From Gammaproteobacteria bacterium (GTDB taxonomy: Bacteria; Pseudomonadota; Gammaproteobacteria; Steroidobacterales; UBA11654), in contig JAPYQN010000002.1 in NCBI GenBank assembly GCA_029941465.1, positions 548 to 64,547 of the forward strand: a stretch of 64,000 nucleotides of DNA, written 5' to 3'. Numbering within the stretch: the stretch's first letter is position 1; each line of letters opens with the position of its first letter. The notes below the pieces were generated by a model. It had not been told where the DNA came from and did no database searches. It saw only the letters and a program-made list of their open reading frames with translations. Position numbers and translations under genes: made by a program. Shown piece after piece: positions 1 through 9,729 of this stretch.

Positions 1-329
1 TCACGATGATCATAGCAACTGTTTTAATTAGCCCCTTTTTATATCTTGAGCCGCTCAACTTAATGGATTTAAATACCAAAGTTCTCTTCAGCATCCTCTT
101 TCTTGGGATTTTTTGTACTGGTTTAGCTTATCTTCCCTATTTTATTTTAATCAAGAATGTTGGGCCTGTTAGTACCTCAATTATCGCCATGTTAGTCCCA
201 GTCTTTGGTATGCTTTGGGCTTACCTTTTGTTAAAAGAAACGATAACATTAACAATGTTAGGGGGATGTTTGTTGATTATTATGGGCGTTCTTCTCACTA
301 ATTTTTATGGAGACAAAAAACAAGCATGA
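1..329 (+). CDS. EamA/DMT-family permease, C-terminal fragment (5' end outside window)
   Basis: The frame is open to the window edge. It encodes hydrophobic helices with an EamA-like C-terminal half (GLAYLPYFILIKNVGPVSTS...). The stop overlaps the next start (ATGA at 326-329). Confidence 0.6.
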   Translation, partial: TMIIATVLISPFLYLEPLNLMDLNTKVLFSILFLGIFCTGLAYLPYFILIKNVGPVSTSIIAMLVPVFGMLWAYLLLKETITLTMLGGCLLIIMGVLLTNFYGDKKQA

Positions 330-1453
330 TAACAATATCTAGTTTTAAAGGATTAAAGGCAAAATTTATTTGCTTTAACTTAGTTTTGATTTGTCTCGTA
401 CAATCCACTGAAGCCCAAGACAAGAGGATAGTAAATTTCTTCAATTGGGCTGATTACATAGGTGAGGAAACCATCGAAAATTTTCAGAATGAGTTTGGAA
501 TAAAGGTCAATTATGATCAATATGACTCTTCAGAGATGGTTGAAGCAAAGCTTCTCAGTGGTAACTCTGGATACGATCTTATTATTCATTCAAGCATGTA
601 CTCTAAGAGATTAATGCCGCTTAATATTTTTCATGAAATTGATACCTCTAAATTAAAAAATATTAATCTACTTGACCCTGAAATAATGCAACTGATGAGT
701 AAGTTTGACCCGGGTAATCAAGTTATGATCCCTTATAGCTATGGTTCCACAGGCATCGCTTATAATGCTGATATGATCTTTGAGAGATTTCCAGATGCAC
801 CCATTGGCAGCGGTGACATGCTTTATGATCCTGAGGTTCTATCAAAATTTGCTGATTGTGGGGTCAGTATATTGGATTCACCAACAGATGTGATTCCTCA
901 GGTGCTAATATATTTAGGCTATCAAGATGACACTAAAGACCCAAATGCACTCAGAGAAGCAGAAGATTTATTACTTGGTACAAGGCCTTATATCAAAAAA
1001 TTTACATCAACCACTTTTCTGAATGACTTACCTAATGGGGACCTTTGTCTATCAATGAGTTGGGCTGGAGATTATGCGACTGCTAAAATGAGAGCGAAAG
1101 AAGCTGGAAAAGATGTTGATCTACGATATTTTGTTCCGTCTGAGGGTGGTTTAATGTGGTTGGATATCCTTCTCATTCCAGATGATGCACCACATAAAGA
1201 AAATGCCTATCTTTTATTGGACTATCTTCTAAGACCAGAGGTAAGTGCTGATTTTGTGAATCTCACACACTATGCAAGCCCCATACCAGCTGCCGATGAA
1301 TTCATTGAAAAAGAAATTCTTGATGATCCTGCAATCTATCCAACACCAGATATAATGAAGCGTTTACAACTGTCTGAAGTTCTGCAGCCAAAATATGAAA
1401 GAATGAGAACAAGAGCATTTACTAGGTACAAAATTGGGTATAAGAAAAAATAA
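326..1453 (+). CDS. potF: Periplasmic polyamine (putrescine/spermidine)-binding protein, PotF/PotD family
   Basis: 375 aa with a signal-like N-terminus (...LICLVQSTEAQ). This is followed by NFFNWADYIGEETIENFQNEFGIKVNYDQY, the typical PotD/PotF N-terminal lobe. It is the first gene in a binding-ATPase-permease-permease order, as in E. coli potFGHI. Confidence 0.8.
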   Translation: MITISSFKGLKAKFICFNLVLICLVQSTEAQDKRIVNFFNWADYIGEETIENFQNEFGIKVNYDQYDSSEMVEAKLLSGNSGYDLIIHSSMYSKRLMPLNIFHEIDTSKLKNINLLDPEIMQLMSKFDPGNQVMIPYSYGSTGIAYNADMIFERFPDAPIGSGDMLYDPEVLSKFADCGVSILDSPTDVIPQVLIYLGYQDDTKDPNALREAEDLLLGTRPYIKKFTSTTFLNDLPNGDLCLSMSWAGDYATAKMRAKEAGKDVDLRYFVPSEGGLMWLDILLIPDDAPHKENAYLLLDYLLRPEVSADFVNLTHYASPIPAADEFIEKEILDDPAIYPTPDIMKRLQLSEVLQPKYERMRTRAFTRYKIGYKKK

Positions 1454-1470
1454 TAATTTGAGAAGAAATT

Positions 1471-2571
1471 ATGAATGATAATGAAAAGGCATTTATTGAA
1501 ATAAGAGGGATCAGCAAATATTTTGGTGATTTTGCTGCTGTCTACAAAGTGGATCTCGATATCAAGAAGGGTGAATTATTCTCAATTCTTGGAGCGTCAG
1601 GGTCAGGGAAAACAACCCTATTAAGAATGATGGCTGGCTTGGAAATTCCCACTGAAGGTAAAATTTTTATTGATGGAATAGACATGACAAATGTCCCTCC
1701 GTATAGACGCCCAGTAAATATTATGTTTCAAAATTATGCCCTATTCCCTCACATGACAGTCTTTGACAATATTGCCTATGGGTTGAAAAAAGAAGGTGTA
1801 GCCAAAGATATTATTCAAGATAAGGTGAGTAAAATGCTGACCCTGGTAAAACTCTCTGAGTATGGCAAAAGAAAACCCAATCAACTATCAGGCGGTGAGT
1901 CACAAAGAGTCGCCCTTGCAAGATCTCTAATCAAGGAACCAAAAGTGCTGCTTCTGGACGAACCCCTAGCAGCTCTAGATAAAAAACTCAGGCAAAGCAC
2001 ACAATTTGAACTCATCGATATACAAGAAGAACTGGGAGTTACCTTTGTAATCGTCACGCATGATCAAGAAGAGGCCATGACTCTTTCTGATCGAATAGCT
2101 GTTATGAAAGAAGGTGAATTTGTTCAAATTGGAGCTCCTAATTTAATCTATGAACACCCTAAAAATAAATTTGTTGCTGACTTTATTGGCAATATCAACA
2201 TGTTTGATGCCACAGTTATTGATTCTAATGAACAAGATGTATCGATTCACTGTGAAGCACTAGGAGGAGACATTGTGCTACAAAAGCCTAGCCGCGCTTA
2301 TAATATAAAAGAGATCTCTGTCGCATTAAGGCCAGAAAAAGTGATGATTGATAAGCAACAGCCCACTGATGAAAATATAGATTTTGTCACTGGAATTGTG
2401 GAAGATTTTGGCTATTTTGGAAATCTTTCAATTTATCGTGTTCGAACTAATAATGGACAGATCATTCAAGTTAGCAAACAGAATAGAATCAGATCAGAAC
2501 ATACCATCACATGGGCAGATGAAGTCTATCTCTCTTGGGAATCAGACAGTTTAATTTTACTGGAGAGCTAG
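1471..2571 (+). CDS. potG: Polyamine ABC transporter ATP-binding protein (PotG/PotA type)
   Basis: Walker A GASGSGKTT, signature LSGGESQR, Walker B LLLDEP. Long stretches resemble E. coli PotG as I remember it (VPPYRRPVNIMFQNYALFPHMTV, KRKPNQLSGG, ALRPEKVM). Confidence 0.9.
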   Translation: MNDNEKAFIEIRGISKYFGDFAAVYKVDLDIKKGELFSILGASGSGKTTLLRMMAGLEIPTEGKIFIDGIDMTNVPPYRRPVNIMFQNYALFPHMTVFDNIAYGLKKEGVAKDIIQDKVSKMLTLVKLSEYGKRKPNQLSGGESQRVALARSLIKEPKVLLLDEPLAALDKKLRQSTQFELIDIQEELGVTFVIVTHDQEEAMTLSDRIAVMKEGEFVQIGAPNLIYEHPKNKFVADFIGNINMFDATVIDSNEQDVSIHCEALGGDIVLQKPSRAYNIKEISVALRPEKVMIDKQQPTDENIDFVTGIVEDFGYFGNLSIYRVRTNNGQIIQVSKQNRIRSEHTITWADEVYLSWESDSLILLES

Positions 2572-3494
2572 TGTCAGGATTACTCATAAATCTGGATAAT
2601 TCTTTCAGAGATAGGCTCTGGAAAAATACGATTGTTGCCATCCCTTACTTATGGTTACTGCTGTTTTTCTTGGCGCCTTTTCTGATTGTCTTAAAAATTA
2701 GTTTAGCTGATCCAATCGTTGCTCAACCGCCTTTTACACCCTTATTTCAAGAGAGTGAAAATGGATCATTCTCGATATTCACGACATTTGATAACTATCT
2801 TTATTTATTTCAGGATTCTCTCTATTTTATAACTTATCTAAGCTCCGTGAAATTAGCCTTTATTTCAACAATACTTGCATTACTGATTGGTTATCCCATT
2901 GCCTATGGAATTGCCAGATCACCACAACCCACTAGAAATATTCTGCTCTTGATGGTAGTCATACCGTTTTGGATTTCATTTCTACTTAGAGTTTATGCTT
3001 GGATGGGCATCCTAAAAACAAAGGGCCTATTGAATGGCTTTTTACTTTGGATTGGTATTATTGATCAACCTTTAGAACTACTTTATACCGATACTGCAGT
3101 ATACATTGGGATGATTTATTCATATTTGCCGTTCATGATTCTTCCGCTTTATGCAAACCTTGAAAAACTAGATGTTAGATTGTTGGAAGCAGCATCAGAC
3201 CTTGGAGCCAAGAGGTGGGAAGTCTTTAAGGATGTCACACTTCCACTATCGGTTCCCGGAATAATAGCTGGTTGTTGTCTGATGTTCATACCTGCTATCG
3301 GTGAGTATGTGATTCCTGCATTATTAGGAGGTGCCGATACACTCATGATTGGTAGAGTCTTGTTTGATGAGTTCTTCTTAAACAGAGACTGGCCAGTGGC
3401 ATCAGCAGTAGCGATTGTTTTAGTGCTCCTCTTAGTATTACCCATAGTGTATTTCCAAAAAAAGCAGAATGAAGAACCTCTGACCGAGTCATGA
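2535..3494 (+). CDS. potH: Polyamine ABC transporter permease (PotH/PotB type)
   Basis: Multi-TM protein with the ABC-permease EAA-type loop LEAASDLGAKRWEVFKDVTLPLSVPG. ATG 2535 overlaps potG by 37 nt. An in-frame GTG at 2571 (TAGTG overlap with the potG stop) is an equally plausible start. Confidence 0.85.
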   Translation: MGIRQFNFTGELVSGLLINLDNSFRDRLWKNTIVAIPYLWLLLFFLAPFLIVLKISLADPIVAQPPFTPLFQESENGSFSIFTTFDNYLYLFQDSLYFITYLSSVKLAFISTILALLIGYPIAYGIARSPQPTRNILLLMVVIPFWISFLLRVYAWMGILKTKGLLNGFLLWIGIIDQPLELLYTDTAVYIGMIYSYLPFMILPLYANLEKLDVRLLEAASDLGAKRWEVFKDVTLPLSVPGIIAGCCLMFIPAIGEYVIPALLGGADTLMIGRVLFDEFFLNRDWPVASAVAIVLVLLLVLPIVYFQKKQNEEPLTES

Positions 3495-4303
3495 ATCAAA
3501 GATCAACATTTATCTTTTCAATGCTCTGCTTTGGGTTTGCATTTCTCTATATTCCAATTTTACTGGTGATCATTTATTCCTTTAATGACTCCAGACTTGT
3601 CACCGTCTGGGGTGGTTGGTCGATCAGGTGGTATATAGAGTTACTCAATAATGAAAATATCCTCAATGCTGCCTTACTGAGCTTCAGAATTGCAGCAATT
3701 TCAGCAACAGTTGCCACTATTTTTGGGACAATGGCGGGTTTAATTCTTGCAAGATTAAGAGCGTTTAAAGGTCGTTTGCTGTTTACGGGGATGATTGCTG
3801 CTCCATTGGTAATGCCAGAAGTAATCACAGGCTTAGCATTATTGCTATTCTTTGTGAGCCTTCAAAATCTGATTGGATGGCCGAGTCAAAGAGGAATGAA
3901 CACAATTACCATTGCCCATATAACATTCTCCATGGCTTACGTTGCAGTGATCATTCAATCGAGACTAACAGAAATTAATGAATCATTGGAAGAAGCTGCC
4001 TTGGATCTTGGGGCAAGACCTGCAAGAGTAATCTGGGACATTACATTACCTATTATTCTGCCTGCCATGGTTTCTGGGTGGTTGTTGGCATTTACTCTTT
4101 CTTTAGATGATTTAGTAATCTCAAGTTTTGTATCTGGTCCAGGAGCCACCACTCTACCTATGTTGATTTTCTCAAAAGTTAGATTAGGCATTGCACCTGA
4201 TATTAATGCTCTTGCGACAATCTTAATCCTACTGGTTACAATTGGTGTTGGTATTGCTGGATGGATAATGCATCGCCAAAAACAATCAAAAACTATATCC
4301 TGA
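3491..4303 (+). CDS. potI: Polyamine ABC transporter permease (PotI/PotC type)
   Basis: Six hydrophobic segments and the loop EEAALDLGARPARVIWDITLPIILPA. ATGA start/stop overlap with potH. Confidence 0.85.
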   Translation: MNQRSTFIFSMLCFGFAFLYIPILLVIIYSFNDSRLVTVWGGWSIRWYIELLNNENILNAALLSFRIAAISATVATIFGTMAGLILARLRAFKGRLLFTGMIAAPLVMPEVITGLALLLFFVSLQNLIGWPSQRGMNTITIAHITFSMAYVAVIIQSRLTEINESLEEAALDLGARPARVIWDITLPIILPAMVSGWLLAFTLSLDDLVISSFVSGPGATTLPMLIFSKVRLGIAPDINALATILILLVTIGVGIAGWIMHRQKQSKTIS

Positions 4304-4327
4304 GCCCCCATAATTTAATTTTATAGT

Positions 4328-6331
4328 ATGGCTAAAGACCAAATTTCTGCTTTAAAAGCTTCTTTTGATAGAGCGAAAGCATTCCTCAATGCAGGCGACG
4401 CTAAAATGGCAGAGAATATCTGTCGTTCTTCATTAAAAAATATCTCTAGTGGAGACCCTAATATGCAAGTGCTTTTATGTGTTGCACTAATACGTCAAGG
4501 TCGATCTGGTTCAGCAGTTAAGCGATTAAAACACGCGCTCAGAATGTTCCCAGATTTTCCTCAAGCACATGAAGAATTAGGCAATGCTCTATTGGCACAA
4601 AATAAACCAGAGAAGGCTCTAGAATCCTTCAAAAAAGCCACTGAACTTAATCCTAACAATCCAGATGCATTCATAAAACTTGGAAAAGTATTTTCGGCTC
4701 TTGGTCGAAAAGAAGAGGCTGATGAATCTTATAAATCTGCATTAGCTCTTAACCCTATCCAGGAACAATTGGCAACAGCAATGCAACACTTCACGAGGGG
4801 GGAAATTGAACAGGCTGAACAAATTTGTAGGGAAGCATTAAAGAAACAGCCTGATGATGTGAATGGTCTGAGACTGTTGGCATCGATAGCTTCAAAAATG
4901 GAACAAAAAGAAGATGCCATAGTGCTTTTAGAAAGAGCTGTAGAACTCAAACCAAAATTTGCTGGGGCTTGGGGTGATTTAGCTGAATCCTATACGGAAA
5001 TAGAAAGCTATGGTAAAGCTCTTGATGCCGTTCAAAGAGTTATACAACTTCAACCAGATCTGCCCTTTGGTTTTATGATTAGAGGCAGTATTCTTGGAAA
5101 AATGTCTGATCATGAAGGCTCCATAGAAGCTTATCATCAAGCACTCAAAATTGAGCCTGATCATTTAGGTAGCAATATGGGACTAGGAAACATACTAAAA
5201 ACAGTGGGGAATTATGATGACTCTGTTGCTGTTTATAAAAAATGTATTGAAATTCAACCCTTATTTGCAGAAGCCTATTGGAGCCTAGCTAACCTCAAAA
5301 CTTATACCTTTGAGGACTCCGAAATAGAAGCAATGGAAGAACATGTACAAAATGAAGTTATGCCTTCAAGTAACAAGGCATTTTTTCATATTGCTCTAGC
5401 TAACTCGAAAGAAAAAGAAAAACAATACGATGAAGCGTGGGCACACTTTGAAACTGGGAATAACATGAGGAGACAGGAAGAAATTTATGATTCAGTGCAA
5501 ACACAAGTGACTCATGATGCTTTGATTGAAGTGTTTGATAAAGAGTTTGTTGAGTCTAAGAAAAATATGGGCTCTCAGAGTAATGCACCAATTTTTATAG
5601 TGGGACTCCCAAGATCAGGGTCAACTCTTGTTGAACAAATCTTAGCCAGTCACAGCAAAGTAGAAGGCACTAAAGAATTACCAGATTTATCATTATTAGG
5701 TAGGCAGCTTACAAAATCTAAACCCAGAGGTGTCAAATACCCTGATGCAGTGAAGGAGATGACAAATGAGGAATTCGTTGAATTTGGTGATAACTATCTC
5801 ACCACAACTAAGCGATATAGAACTGATAAACCTCATTTCATTGATAAAATGCCAAACAACTTTGCTCACATTGGGTTCTTAAAATTGATACTACCGAATG
5901 CCAAAGTTATTAATGCGATGAGACACCCTCTGGATAGTTGTATTAGTTCTTATAAGCAATTGTTTTATAAAGGACAATCATGGAGTTATGATCTATTTGA
6001 GGTTGGTGAATATTATTTGGAATACCAAAGAATTATGGACCATTGGCACCAACTATTTCCTGGTGAGATACTGGACCTTCAGTATGAAAATCTTATAGCC
6101 AATCAGGAAAAAGAAACACGTCAGTTATTGGATTATTGTGGGCTCGAATGGGAAAATGAATGTTTAAAATTTTATGAAACAAAAAGATCCATTAACACTG
6201 CTAGTTCAGAGCAAGTGAGACAACCAATTTACAAAGGAGCAATGCACGCTTGGAAAAATTACGAAAGCCATATTGGACCATTAATGACAACGCTTAGACC
6301 CTTAATCGATCGATTGGATATAAAAAACTAG
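4328..6331 (+). CDS. TPR-repeat protein fused to a C-terminal PAPS-dependent sulfotransferase domain
   Basis: 667 aa. The N-terminal ~330 aa are repeated 34-aa TPR-like units (A..Y..AL...P). The C-terminal domain carries the 5'-PSB loop GLPRSGSTLVEQIL and a 3'-PB-like MRHPLDSCISSY. Confidence 0.8.
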   Translation: MAKDQISALKASFDRAKAFLNAGDAKMAENICRSSLKNISSGDPNMQVLLCVALIRQGRSGSAVKRLKHALRMFPDFPQAHEELGNALLAQNKPEKALESFKKATELNPNNPDAFIKLGKVFSALGRKEEADESYKSALALNPIQEQLATAMQHFTRGEIEQAEQICREALKKQPDDVNGLRLLASIASKMEQKEDAIVLLERAVELKPKFAGAWGDLAESYTEIESYGKALDAVQRVIQLQPDLPFGFMIRGSILGKMSDHEGSIEAYHQALKIEPDHLGSNMGLGNILKTVGNYDDSVAVYKKCIEIQPLFAEAYWSLANLKTYTFEDSEIEAMEEHVQNEVMPSSNKAFFHIALANSKEKEKQYDEAWAHFETGNNMRRQEEIYDSVQTQVTHDALIEVFDKEFVESKKNMGSQSNAPIFIVGLPRSGSTLVEQILASHSKVEGTKELPDLSLLGRQLTKSKPRGVKYPDAVKEMTNEEFVEFGDNYLTTTKRYRTDKPHFIDKMPNNFAHIGFLKLILPNAKVINAMRHPLDSCISSYKQLFYKGQSWSYDLFEVGEYYLEYQRIMDHWHQLFPGEILDLQYENLIANQEKETRQLLDYCGLEWENECLKFYETKRSINTASSEQVRQPIYKGAMHAWKNYESHIGPLMTTLRPLIDRLDIKN

Positions 6332-6339
6332 AACTAACT

Positions 6340-6906
6340 TTAACTCAGTGACTTTGCTTTAGATTTTATAGCTGGCGGCATGTAGTCGAAAATAAATGTA
6401 ATTCTATCCTCATCGCCTCGATTCATAACACTGTGGGTGGATTGGTTGTTTACTTCATAAGCCTTACCAACCTTTAGATGAAAAGGTCGGCCACCTATTG
6501 TAAATCTCACATGATCATTGGTTGTTATCGGGATATGTATTCGGTGTGCGAGATGGAAGGACGGGTGTTTATCTGTGTGAGGAGTAATCCTCTCACCTGC
6601 AAATAACTTTGCAGCCATAGCTCTAATAATCATGCCTCCCGGCTCATAGTGTTTGTTAATAATCTGATCCATTAGTGGCACAGCACTGTCTGCAAGATAA
6701 TCCCAAGCGACCTCTTTTGAAACAGTCATCTCAGGCCAACCATCGCAAAAAACTAACACCAAAGAACTGGTTTTTTTATGCACATCAAACATCTCCTGGC
6801 GACTTACATTCTCATCCCAAGTGTTATCGTCAAGAGAGAGAATCTTATCTCTTAAGGGCATATAATCTATATCGCCAAGTTCTTTTAATGGTTCACCTAT
6901 GTTCAT
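6340..6906 (-). CDS. Aspartyl/asparaginyl beta-hydroxylase-family (2-oxoglutarate/Fe(II) cupin) protein
   Basis: 188 aa. PHTDKHPSFHLAHRIHIPITTN plus a distal NNQSTHSVMNRGDEDRITFIFD match the HxD...H pattern of the Asp/Asn beta-hydroxylase (LpxO-like) fold. Convergent with the sulfotransferase gene, 8 nt apart. Confidence 0.65.
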   Translation of the reverse strand: MNIGEPLKELGDIDYMPLRDKILSLDDNTWDENVSRQEMFDVHKKTSSLVLVFCDGWPEMTVSKEVAWDYLADSAVPLMDQIINKHYEPGGMIIRAMAAKLFAGERITPHTDKHPSFHLAHRIHIPITTNDHVRFTIGGRPFHLKVGKAYEVNNQSTHSVMNRGDEDRITFIFDYMPPAIKSKAKSLS

Positions 6907-7236
6907 AATTCTTACCTAAAGTGCTTATTTATAAGAAGTTTACTTAAAGATTTGACCCCTGTAAAAAGAAACATTTATTTGCGAAACATTAATCAGTATA
7001 AAACTAATATTTATTATTTATTAACAACAACTTAAACACTGTCTGGCACCTATGTGTTGTTATCTTGCAACAAAGAATGCAATTAGTAGCTAAAATTAAC
7101 AAAAGAAGACTATGGATTAATGGTTGTATTATGCTTATTATCCTATAGTATCTCGAAATAGAGTTATGTCTTAGGCTAAGGCGTAGGGCAATCTAAATTT
7201 TTAATATAAATTATTTTTTAACTAGGGGTTAAATTT

Positions 7237-9630
7237 ATGTCAACATTAACTAGAACACAAAAAGTTACAGGTGTCGCGGCAGCTGTTTCAGCAGCACTAG
7301 CTGGTTACACTACAACACAAGCTCAACTTGAAGAGATTGTTGTAACAGCAACAAAGAAGGCCGAAAGCCTGCAAGATATTGCTGGTAATGTTCAGGCCAT
7401 TACAGAAAGCGCTCTTAAGAAAGCTCAAGTTGTTAACATGGAAGATTACGCAAAACTTATACCAGCTATGAGTTATATTAACTACACTCCAGGGACTGGT
7501 AAGGTGTATTTCCGTGGTATAGCAGACGATAACGGAACTTTCATATCAGAAGAATCATCAGCTTTATACCTAGATGAGCAACCAATTACTCAGTCCGGTA
7601 TGGCAGTCGATGTACGAATGGTTGATATTGCTCGTATTGAAGCACTGGCTGGACCACAAGGAAGTCTTTACGGTTCAAGTGCTCAATCAGGCGCTATTAG
7701 AATCATTACCAATAAACCTGATACCAGCGAATTCGCAGCTAGTGTCGATATGACATTGAGAGCTTCAGCAACATCCCCTAGAAATGAAGACAGCTGGGAC
7801 ATCAGCGGTATGGTTAACGTTCCAATATCTGATAATTTCGCTATCCGTGCAGTTGGCTTTACAGCTGAAGATGGCGGTTATGTTGATGTTATAGAAGGCG
7901 TTAGTGCAAGATTTGGTCTTAATAAAAATACGGACTTTAACCCTTCAGTTGTTCGAGAAGATGTTAACACCTTCAAAACGAGTGGTGGAAGAATCTTTGG
8001 TAAATGGACCACTGATGGTGGTTATGTTATGGGTGGACTCTCAGCACAAAATAACCATTCTGATGGTTATAACTACTTTGACCAAAGTAAAGGTGATCTT
8101 CAAAGGGTTTCTTTTTACGATGAACCCAGAGACGATGATTGGACTCAACTATCTTTGACGGTAGAACATGATCTTGGTTTTGCAAAGTTAGTCTCTGCAA
8201 CATCATATTTTGATAGAGATGTTTTCTATCAACAAGACAGAACCACTTACTCTATGTATTTTGGTACCTTCTGTTACTACTACAATGGATACGCATCAAC
8301 CAGTCGCTATTGTTTTCAACCTGTTGGAACCTCATACGCATACAATGATATTCCTGGTTGGCAAACTCTAGTCCAGTGGAATACATCTAAGACTCAAGAA
8401 TTTAGATTATCAAATCAATCAGCTGATCTTGATTGGGTGCTAGGCCTTTTTTATCAAGAAAGAGAAGAAGGTTGGGACTTTGAAACTATGACTGTTGATT
8501 ATAGAAATTCACTTGGTTACGCTAATCAAATGGCTTCTGTAGCAACTTACCTGCCTGATAGATTACCGGTAGCACCAACTGATGTTTGGTGGGCATCTTA
8601 TGATAGAACTGAATGGCAAACCATGGCTGTTTTCGGTGAGGTCAACTATCGATTTAATGAAAAAGTGGAACTCACTGTTGGTGGACGTTTCTTTGATCGT
8701 GAAGCTGATAAGTCGTACTGGGTAGAAAACCCTAAAGGGGCTTTAACAGCTGATGGTGTTTTACCTAAGAACAAAAGAGATAATGAAAGTAACAGTGACT
8801 TTGTCCCTAAAGTAAGCATTAAATATAATATCAATGATGACATGATGGTCTACGCTCTTTATTCAGAAGGCTATAGACCTGGTGGTGTTAATAGAGGTAG
8901 ATCATCTGCACCTATTTACCCAGATAAATACGATGCTGACTTCCTGTTGAACACTGAGATTGGTTTCAAATCAACTCTTGCTGATGGCAATGTCAGATTA
9001 AATGTAACTTACTTCACCATGGATTGGGAAAACTATCAAATTGAATTGGTAGACCCAAGTAACCTCCCTTGTGGATCAGCAGAAGCATACCCTGCACCTG
9101 CATGCGGACAACCTTGGCAAAAAGTGGTTGCCAATCTAGGTGATGCAACATCTAGCGGTTTACAATTAGAAGTACTGGCAGCAATCAATGACAGTATTGA
9201 ATTAGGCTGGAACTCTCAATGGGGAGATAGTAAAACCAACACAGAACTTGCTGATGGCAGTGCCCCAGCAGGCTCGAGGTTACCTCAAGTGCCGGAATTC
9301 AAATCCAATCTTTGGATTGAGAAATCATTGAATATTGCTGCATTTGGAGCAACTGAAAGCTTTGTGAGAGCCTCATTGAGTTACACGGGTGATACTGTTA
9401 GTGCGGTACAGCCTGATTATTCATATGATCAAGCCTCATTCACCATAGCTGATGTGAAAGTGGGTATTATGGGTGATGATTGGGAGCTTGATCTCTTTAT
9501 AAATAACCTGACAGATGAAAGAGCTCAAATCGCTGTAAACGATTGGTACTTTGACTTCTTCTTCGGTAACGCTAGACAATATACTAACCGACCAAGAGAA
9601 ATGGGAATTAGATACACCAAACGGTGGTAA
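7237..9630 (+). CDS. TonB-dependent outer-membrane receptor
   Basis: 797 aa with a signal peptide and a TonB-box/plug start (QLEEIVVTATKKAESLQDIAGNVQAIT). Long beta-barrel composition with the C-terminal ...REMGIRYTKRW ending in an aromatic residue. AGGGG Shine-Dalgarno sequence upstream. Confidence 0.9.
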   Translation: MSTLTRTQKVTGVAAAVSAALAGYTTTQAQLEEIVVTATKKAESLQDIAGNVQAITESALKKAQVVNMEDYAKLIPAMSYINYTPGTGKVYFRGIADDNGTFISEESSALYLDEQPITQSGMAVDVRMVDIARIEALAGPQGSLYGSSAQSGAIRIITNKPDTSEFAASVDMTLRASATSPRNEDSWDISGMVNVPISDNFAIRAVGFTAEDGGYVDVIEGVSARFGLNKNTDFNPSVVREDVNTFKTSGGRIFGKWTTDGGYVMGGLSAQNNHSDGYNYFDQSKGDLQRVSFYDEPRDDDWTQLSLTVEHDLGFAKLVSATSYFDRDVFYQQDRTTYSMYFGTFCYYYNGYASTSRYCFQPVGTSYAYNDIPGWQTLVQWNTSKTQEFRLSNQSADLDWVLGLFYQEREEGWDFETMTVDYRNSLGYANQMASVATYLPDRLPVAPTDVWWASYDRTEWQTMAVFGEVNYRFNEKVELTVGGRFFDREADKSYWVENPKGALTADGVLPKNKRDNESNSDFVPKVSIKYNINDDMMVYALYSEGYRPGGVNRGRSSAPIYPDKYDADFLLNTEIGFKSTLADGNVRLNVTYFTMDWENYQIELVDPSNLPCGSAEAYPAPACGQPWQKVVANLGDATSSGLQLEVLAAINDSIELGWNSQWGDSKTNTELADGSAPAGSRLPQVPEFKSNLWIEKSLNIAAFGATESFVRASLSYTGDTVSAVQPDYSYDQASFTIADVKVGIMGDDWELDLFINNLTDERAQIAVNDWYFDFFFGNARQYTNRPREMGIRYTKRW

Positions 9631-9650
9631 TATTTTTCAGTAAATAATAG

Positions 9651-9677
9651 AAAAGCCCCCACAAAGGGGCTTTTTTA
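9651..9677 (+). terminator. Rho-independent terminator after the TonB-dependent receptor gene
   Basis: aaaaGCCCCcacaaaGGGGCtttttt: a 5-bp GC stem extended by A/T pairs, followed by a T-tract. It starts 21 nt after the stop codon. Confidence 0.7.
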
Positions 9678-9729
9678 TTTTCTAAAGCAATATACAATGT
9701 TTTGAAATGTTTTTATTTAAGGCAATAAC

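Noticed and set aside
3149-4311. Long antisense ORFs inside the pot permease genes (3149-3499, 3574-3828, 3955-4311). Similar shadow ORFs lie opposite mreB (34520-35596), the rplY tail (25230-25439), the M20 peptidase gene (60159-60521) and others.
   Set aside because: Each lies entirely within a gene that has strong family motifs on the other strand. They have low-complexity or odd composition and no Shine-Dalgarno sequence, which is typical of frame shadows.
7044-7070. TGGCAC upstream of the TonB-dependent receptor gene, resembling the -24 element of a sigma54 promoter.
   Set aside because: No GC element follows at the required spacing (GG-N10-GC). The nearest TTGCA is about 20 nt away.
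6907-7236. A 330-nt AT-rich leader upstream of the TonB-dependent receptor, considered as a possible riboswitch (cobalamin, TPP). It also holds a 23-codon ORF (7077-7148, MQLVAKINKRRLWINGCIMLIIL).
   Set aside because: I see no B12-box or other conserved riboswitch core, and the region is too AT-rich for a stable fold. The mini-ORF has no Shine-Dalgarno sequence, and ORFs of that length arise by chance in AT-rich DNA.
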